From NCBI GenBank assembly GCA_963768705.1, contig CAVYJE010000028.1:90571-154570 (forward strand): DNA of 64,000 nt, read 5' to 3'. How positions within the stretch are numbered: the stretch's first letter is position 1; every line of letters begins with the position of its first letter. The position numbers and the translations under genes were made by a program. Positions 59,498-64,000 of the stretch are shown piece by piece. This DNA comes from an uncultured Chloroflexia bacterium. Lineage in GTDB: Bacteria; Chloroflexota; Dehalococcoidia; DSTF01; WHTK01. Under the pieces are notes generated by a model. It did not search any database. It had not been told where the DNA came from and saw nothing but the letters and a program-made list of their open reading frames with translations.

Positions 59498-60425
59498 CTA
59501 GGCCGGGGCCTCGCTCGCCAAGATCGCGGCGAGCAGGGCCTTCTGTGCGTGTAGTCTGTTCTCGGCCTGGTCGAAGACGACCGACTGCGGCCCTTCGATG
59601 ACCTCCTCGGAGATCTCTTCGCCGCGGTGAGCCGGCAGGTCGTGCATGAAGATGGCATCGGGCTTGGCGAGAGACATCAGCGCCTGGTCGACGTGGTAGG
59701 CGCGAAAGACCTCGAGGCGCTCTCGGTAGGACGCTTCCTGGCCCATTGAGGTCCAGACGTCCGTGTAGATAACGTCGGCGTCGCGGGCGGCGTCTTCGGG
59801 GGCGACGACGGTCTCGATGGCGCCGCCGGTCTTGGTCGCCCAGCTGCGGGCCACGTCGACCATGACCTCTGGCAGAGCGTAGCCGTCCGGTGAGGCGATG
59901 ACGAACTCGGCGCCGGCGAGACCGCAGGCGACCGCAAGCGAGGCGGCGACGTTGTTGCCATCGCCGATGAAGGCGATGCGGACGCCCTTGAGGCGGCCCT
60001 TGTGCTCCTGCACCGTGAGGAGGTCGGCGAGGGCCTGGCAGGGGTGCTCGTCGTCGGAGAGGGCGTTGACCACGGGGACGTCGGCGGCCTCTGCCAGCTC
60101 GAAGAGGGTCTGCTGGGCGTAGGTGCGGGCGACGATGCCGGCGACGTAGCGGCTGAGCACGCGCGCGACGTCCTTGACGGGCTCGCGCTGGCCGAGGCCG
60201 ACCTCTGACTGCGAGAGGTAGATCGCGTGGCCTCCGAGCTGACTTCATGCCAACCTCGAAGCTCACGCGCGTACGCAGGGAGGGCTTCTCGAAGAGCATG
60301 GCAACGGTCTTGCCTTCGAGCACGGGCCGAGAGCCATCGCGCTTCATCGACATGGCGGTTTGAAGCAGCATGGTGAGCTCGTCAGGCAGGAGCTCGGAAA
60401 TAGACAAAAGGTCGCGTCCGTGCAT
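59498..60425 (-). pseudogene. argF: ornithine carbamoyltransferase ArgF, 1-2 frameshifts near 60240
   Basis: N-terminus MHGRDLLSISELLPDELTMLLQTAMSMKRD..KTVAMLFEKPSLRTRVSFEVGM (STRTR carbamoyl-P site) in one frame; ..VARTYAQQTLFELAEAADVPVVNALSDDEHPCQALADLLT....FIGDGNNVAASL....HDLPAHRGEE.. in another. Confidence 0.75.
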
Positions 60426-60512
60426 CGGCGCTGTCTCTCAAAGAATTGTCGTCTGTCGAGGCTCAAGTATATAGCACCTTCGAATTGGAACCCGATCTTC
60501 ATCGGCAGATAG

Positions 60513-60541
60513 TTGACTCGTGGGCCTGATGCTCGTATAAG
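60513..60541 (+). promoter_or_regulatory. sigma70-like promoter upstream of comEA (TTGACT-17 nt-TATAAG)
   Basis: agTTGACTcgtgggcctgatgctcgTATAAGc 40 bp upstream of the comEA ATG. Confidence 0.35.
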
Positions 60542-60581
60542 CGTCAGTAGCCCATCCCGCCGGGCGTTGAGGTAGGCACGG

Positions 60582-61142
60582 ATGCTCGCCTGGCTGGAAC
60601 GGAACCCCTTCCTGGTCGTCGCCCTTTCCGGCCTCGTGCTGCTCTCCGGCCTGGCAGCGCGAGATGTGCTGCGCCCGCACGATGCGCCCGTGGTGGTTCT
60701 GCACGAAGACGCGCTCGCGCCGGGTACGGCGATCCGAGTGCATGTCGCCGGTGCGGTGGCGGCGCCGGGTGTGTACGAGCTGGCGTCGGGCGACCGGGTC
60801 GAGGACGCCGTGGCCGCGGCCGGTGGCGCAAACGATGGCGCTGACCTCGAGGCGATCAACCTGGCGCGACATCTGCGAGACGGCGAGCAGGTCTTGATTG
60901 AAGGGCCCGATGCGCCCGCTACGGTCGTGCTGACGCCAGGGGAGCCGCTCGACCTCAACGTGGCAACGCCGGAGCAACTCGACGCCCTGCCCGGCATCGG
61001 CGAGGCGTACTCGCGGCGCATCGTGGACTCGCGCGCGGTCGACGGCCCCTTCGCGTCTGTGGAGGACGTGCTGGCGCGTGGCCTGGTGCCGCAGCGGACG
61101 TTCGACGGCATCCGGGCGATGGTTACGGTTTCGGCGCCTTGA
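60582..61142 (+). CDS. comEA: competence protein ComEA (SLBB + tandem helix-hairpin-helix)
   Basis: N-terminal TM; ..IRVHVAGAVAAPGVYEL..GDRVEDAV..AGG (SLBB); C-terminal ..LDLNVATPEQLDALPGIGEAYSRRIVDSRAVDGPFASVEDV.. (HhH). Confidence 0.75.
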   Translation: MLAWLERNPFLVVALSGLVLLSGLAARDVLRPHDAPVVVLHEDALAPGTAIRVHVAGAVAAPGVYELASGDRVEDAVAAAGGANDGADLEAINLARHLRDGEQVLIEGPDAPATVVLTPGEPLDLNVATPEQLDALPGIGEAYSRRIVDSRAVDGPFASVEDVLARGLVPQRTFDGIRAMVTVSAP

Positions 61143-63541
61143 TCCTGCTGCTCGTCGCGATCGCGTGGCTCGCGGGGGCATCACTGGGCGCCTTGGGCCT
61201 GGCATCGTGGTGGCCCGCGTTCGTGCTTGGCGGTGGCGGGCTTGCTCTGGGCTGGGTGCTTACGGGCGAGTACTCGCGGGCGCTGCTCGTGGGCGTCGTC
61301 GTGGTTGCGGGCGTCCTGAGCCTCGTGCGCTACGAGTCTGCTTTGCCGCCGGACGAGCCTCAGGGCGTCGCCGTGTACAACGACGGTGAGGCCGTGCACC
61401 TGATCGGCACGGTGAGCACGGAGCCGGAGGAGCGGGAGACGAGCCAGCGCTTCGTCGTGGACGTCGTGGGGGTTGAGATTGAGGGCGCCTGGCAGGAGAT
61501 CGACGGGCGGGTGGTGGTGACGCAGCGCGTGTTCCCTCGCTACGCCTACGGCGACATCGTGGAGCTGACGGCGAAGCTGGAGACGCCGCCGGTGTTCGAA
61601 ACGTTCGACTACCGCGATTACCTGGCGCGGCAGGGCATCGTCTCGACAGCGGTGTATCCGGGCACGGCACTGCTGCGGCACGACGGGGGCGACGACCTCC
61701 AGCGCTTCGTGATCGAGACGCGCGCGCCGCTGGGCGAGGCGCTGGCACGGACGTTGCCGGAGCCGGAAGCGGCGTTGGCGCGTGGCATCCTTCTGGGCCA
61801 GCGCTCGACGATTCCGGACGACGTGAACGAGGCGTTCAACGCGGCGGGCATCTCCCACCTGATCGCGATTTCGGGCTACAACGTGATGTTGGTCGCGGGG
61901 GCGGTGATCGGGGCGCTAACACCGCTGGCGGGCCGCCGCAGGGCAACGGCGATCGCGATGGCCGTGGTGGTGGCGTACGCGGTGTTCGTAGGCGGATCGC
62001 CGTCGGTGCTGCGAGCGATGCTGATGGCGCTGGTCATGCTGGGGGCGACGCTGGCGGGGAGGCCGGGGAGCGCGCTCACGGGCGTGGCGCTGGCGGGCGC
62101 CGGGCTGGTGCTGTGGCGGCCTCTGATCATCGAGGACGTTTCGTTCCAGCTCAGCTTTGCGGCGACGCTGGGCCTCGTGCTGCTGGCGACACCGCTGCGG
62201 GAGCGACTGCTGGCGCTGCTTGTGCCCGCGATGCCCGGCGGCATCGCGTCGTTCGTGGCAGAGCAGGTGGCCGTAACCACCGCAGCGACCATCGCCGTGC
62301 TGCCGATCATCGCGTCGAGCTTTGGGCGGCTCTCGCTGGTGTCGCTGCCCGCGAACCTGCTGGCGGCGCCGGCGTTTGCCCTCGCGCTCTTCGGCGCCTT
62401 CGTTACGTCGGCGGTGGGGGCCATCGATACGGGAGCCGGCCGCCTCGTAGGTGAGTTGGCGTACCTGCCGCTGCACTACCTCGTCGTGTTGGCGGAAGTG
62501 GCTTCGGACCTGCCGATGGCGTCGGTGTCGATCGGTGGCTTCGGTTTGGCAAAGTCGCTGGCCGCGTACGGAGTGATTGGAGTCGTTGCGCTGCTGGTCT
62601 CACGGCCTCGGGCGGAGACTCTCGAATTGCCTGCAAGCGTCCGCTTGCGTCCGGTGCCGGTGCTTGCGGTCGCGTCGATGGCGGTTGGCGGCTTCCTTTG
62701 GTGGGGAGCATTGCACCCTGTCGACCACCACCTGCGGGTTTCGATCCTGGACGTGGGGCAGGGCGACGCGATCTTGATCGACGCGCCATCGGGGGCGCGG
62801 GTGCTGATCGACGGCGGGCCGAGTGGGGCGCGGCTCATGCACGCGCTGGGCGAGGAGATGGGGCCATCGGACCGGCGCATCGACCTGATGGTGCTGACGC
62901 ATGCCCAGGACGACCATGTCACGGGCCTGATCGACGTGCTGGAGCGCTACGACGTGGGCGCGGTGTTGTGGAACGGCATCAAGGGGCAGTCGGCGGCGTC
63001 GAGGGCGTGGGAGGACGAGGTGTCGCGACGAGGGCTGCCGGTGGCGTTCGCGCAGGCAGGACAGGTCATCGAGTTGGGTGACGGCGTCCGTATGGAGGTG
63101 GTGCATCCGCAACCGGCGTTGCTCTACGGCACGGAGGACGACCTGAACAACAACGCGGTGGTGCTGCGACTGGTCTACGGCGAGGTGAGCTTCCTGCTCA
63201 CGGGCGATATCGAAGTCGATGCGGAGAACGCGATCCTGGCTGCGGGTGAGGACGTTTCGGCGACGGTGCTCAAGGTGTCGCACCACGGCTCCGATGGGGC
63301 CACGACACAGCCGTTCCTCGATGCGGTCTCGCCGTCAATCGCGGCCATCTCAGTGGGGGCCGACAACTCGTTCGGGCATCCGTCACCGACGTTGCGTCTA
63401 CGGCTGGCGGATGTGCCGCTGCTGCGAACCGACCTCAATGGCACGGTGAGCTTCGAGACGGACGGGACGCAGCTCTGGGTGGACTACGAGCGCGGCGGGA
63501 TCAGCCTTGTCGATGCGGAGGATGCGGTAGGCGTCCGTTAG
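61139..63541 (+). CDS. comEC: DNA internalisation competence protein ComEC/Rec2 with C-terminal metallo-beta-lactamase domain
   Basis: TTG start overlapping the comEA stop; competence-domain multi-TM core (..GISHLIAISGYNV..); C-terminal MBL motif ..VSILDVGQGDAILID..THAQDDHVTGL..KVSHHGSD.. Confidence 0.85.
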   Translation: MILLLVAIAWLAGASLGALGLASWWPAFVLGGGGLALGWVLTGEYSRALLVGVVVVAGVLSLVRYESALPPDEPQGVAVYNDGEAVHLIGTVSTEPEERETSQRFVVDVVGVEIEGAWQEIDGRVVVTQRVFPRYAYGDIVELTAKLETPPVFETFDYRDYLARQGIVSTAVYPGTALLRHDGGDDLQRFVIETRAPLGEALARTLPEPEAALARGILLGQRSTIPDDVNEAFNAAGISHLIAISGYNVMLVAGAVIGALTPLAGRRRATAIAMAVVVAYAVFVGGSPSVLRAMLMALVMLGATLAGRPGSALTGVALAGAGLVLWRPLIIEDVSFQLSFAATLGLVLLATPLRERLLALLVPAMPGGIASFVAEQVAVTTAATIAVLPIIASSFGRLSLVSLPANLLAAPAFALALFGAFVTSAVGAIDTGAGRLVGELAYLPLHYLVVLAEVASDLPMASVSIGGFGLAKSLAAYGVIGVVALLVSRPRAETLELPASVRLRPVPVLAVASMAVGGFLWWGALHPVDHHLRVSILDVGQGDAILIDAPSGARVLIDGGPSGARLMHALGEEMGPSDRRIDLMVLTHAQDDHVTGLIDVLERYDVGAVLWNGIKGQSAASRAWEDEVSRRGLPVAFAQAGQVIELGDGVRMEVVHPQPALLYGTEDDLNNNAVVLRLVYGEVSFLLTGDIEVDAENAILAAGEDVSATVLKVSHHGSDGATTQPFLDAVSPSIAAISVGADNSFGHPSPTLRLRLADVPLLRTDLNGTVSFETDGTQLWVDYERGGISLVDAEDAVGVR

Positions 63542-63550
63542 GAGCGGCGG

Positions 63551-63982
63551 TCAGGCGGGCTGGAGGGCCTTGCAGCGGGGGCAGATGCCGTAGATCTCGA
63601 TGCGGTGGCCGACGATGTCGTAGTCCGTGGCGTTGCGTACGCCGACGAGGACGTCTTCGACGTCGTTCATATGTACGTCTTCGGTGGCGCCGCAGCTTAC
63701 GCAGACGACGTGGTGGTGGTGGGCCTTGTGGCTGGCGCGGTAGCTCACGGAGCCATCGCCCATGACGATGCGGCAGACGAGGCCCCGATCGAGCAGCAGC
63801 TTGAGGGTGCGGTAGACCGTGGCGCGGCCAATGGAGTCGAGCTCGGCGGCGAGCTCCTCGGCCGTGAAGTTGTCTTCGCGGTTGGCGACGGAGGCGATGA
63901 CGCGATTGCGGGGAGAAGTGATCTTGAAGCCCTGGTCGCGTAGCTCGCTAAGAAGCCCCTCGGCGGAGTCGGCGGCGGTCAT
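63551..63982 (-). CDS. Fur-family transcriptional regulator (Fur/Zur/PerR)
   Basis: wHTH ..TSPRNRVIASVANREDNFTAEELAAEL....RATVYRTLKLL.. ; metal sites HKAHHHHVVCVSCG ... CPRC. Confidence 0.8.
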   Translation of the reverse strand: MTAADSAEGLLSELRDQGFKITSPRNRVIASVANREDNFTAEELAAELDSIGRATVYRTLKLLLDRGLVCRIVMGDGSVSYRASHKAHHHHVVCVSCGATEDVHMNDVEDVLVGVRNATDYDIVGHRIEIYGICPRCKALQPA

Positions 63983-64000
63983 GGCCTCATTATAGCGTTC

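Overview
This is a 64 kb, high-GC (about 65-68 %) bacterial chromosomal segment, most likely Chloroflexota- or Actinomycetota-like. It is dense with core genes on both strands. Most of the window is housekeeping: ispG, a TPP-riboswitch-controlled thiYZX-like ABC importer, ndh, an F420/LLM oxidoreductase, serC-serA, metG-tatD-ispB, recO, amt-glnK, recR-ybaB-dnaX, recQ, mutS2, glgP-like, ferredoxin, glyQS, gpsA-plsY, der, cdaA-cdaR, argF, comEA-comEC and fur. The most unusual content is a compositionally atypical island of about 4.3 kb directly downstream of a tRNA-Ser(TGA) gene. The island's GC is visibly lower, about 52-58 %. It encodes an archaeal/ER-type signal peptidase (SipW-like) flanked by two secreted proteins that share a SipW-cognate cleavage motif (QF[TA]D[FY]ETDTSD). 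One of these is TasA/camelysin-like; the other is Cys-rich with three tandem beta-sandwich repeats. The island ends with a polytopic membrane protein whose ectodomain is again TasA-like. Together these look like a TasA/SipW-type extracellular fibre or matrix module that is not a canonical tapA-sipW-tasA operon. Other notable points: a canonical TPP riboswitch upstream of a THI5/NMT1-like SBP; an actinobacterial-type GlnR box (GTnAC-n6-GAAAC x2) in front of a receiver-less OmpR-type regulator followed by amt-glnK; a dispersed composite repeat family (perfect 32-bp palindrome plus 38-bp conserved arm, 3-5 copies, with a compensatory change in the palindrome); heptamer tandem repeats in intergenic regions; two adjacent membrane-anchored cupredoxins; and a DUF5678/retropepsin pair. 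Many conserved genes (ispG, serA, serC, metG, tatD, two HADs, recO, amt, mutS2, cupredoxin, glyQS, argF) are interrupted by single-base frameshifts clustered in a few blocks. I interpret this as local indel errors in the assembly rather than biology. All functional calls are from reading the translations by eye; no database search was possible.
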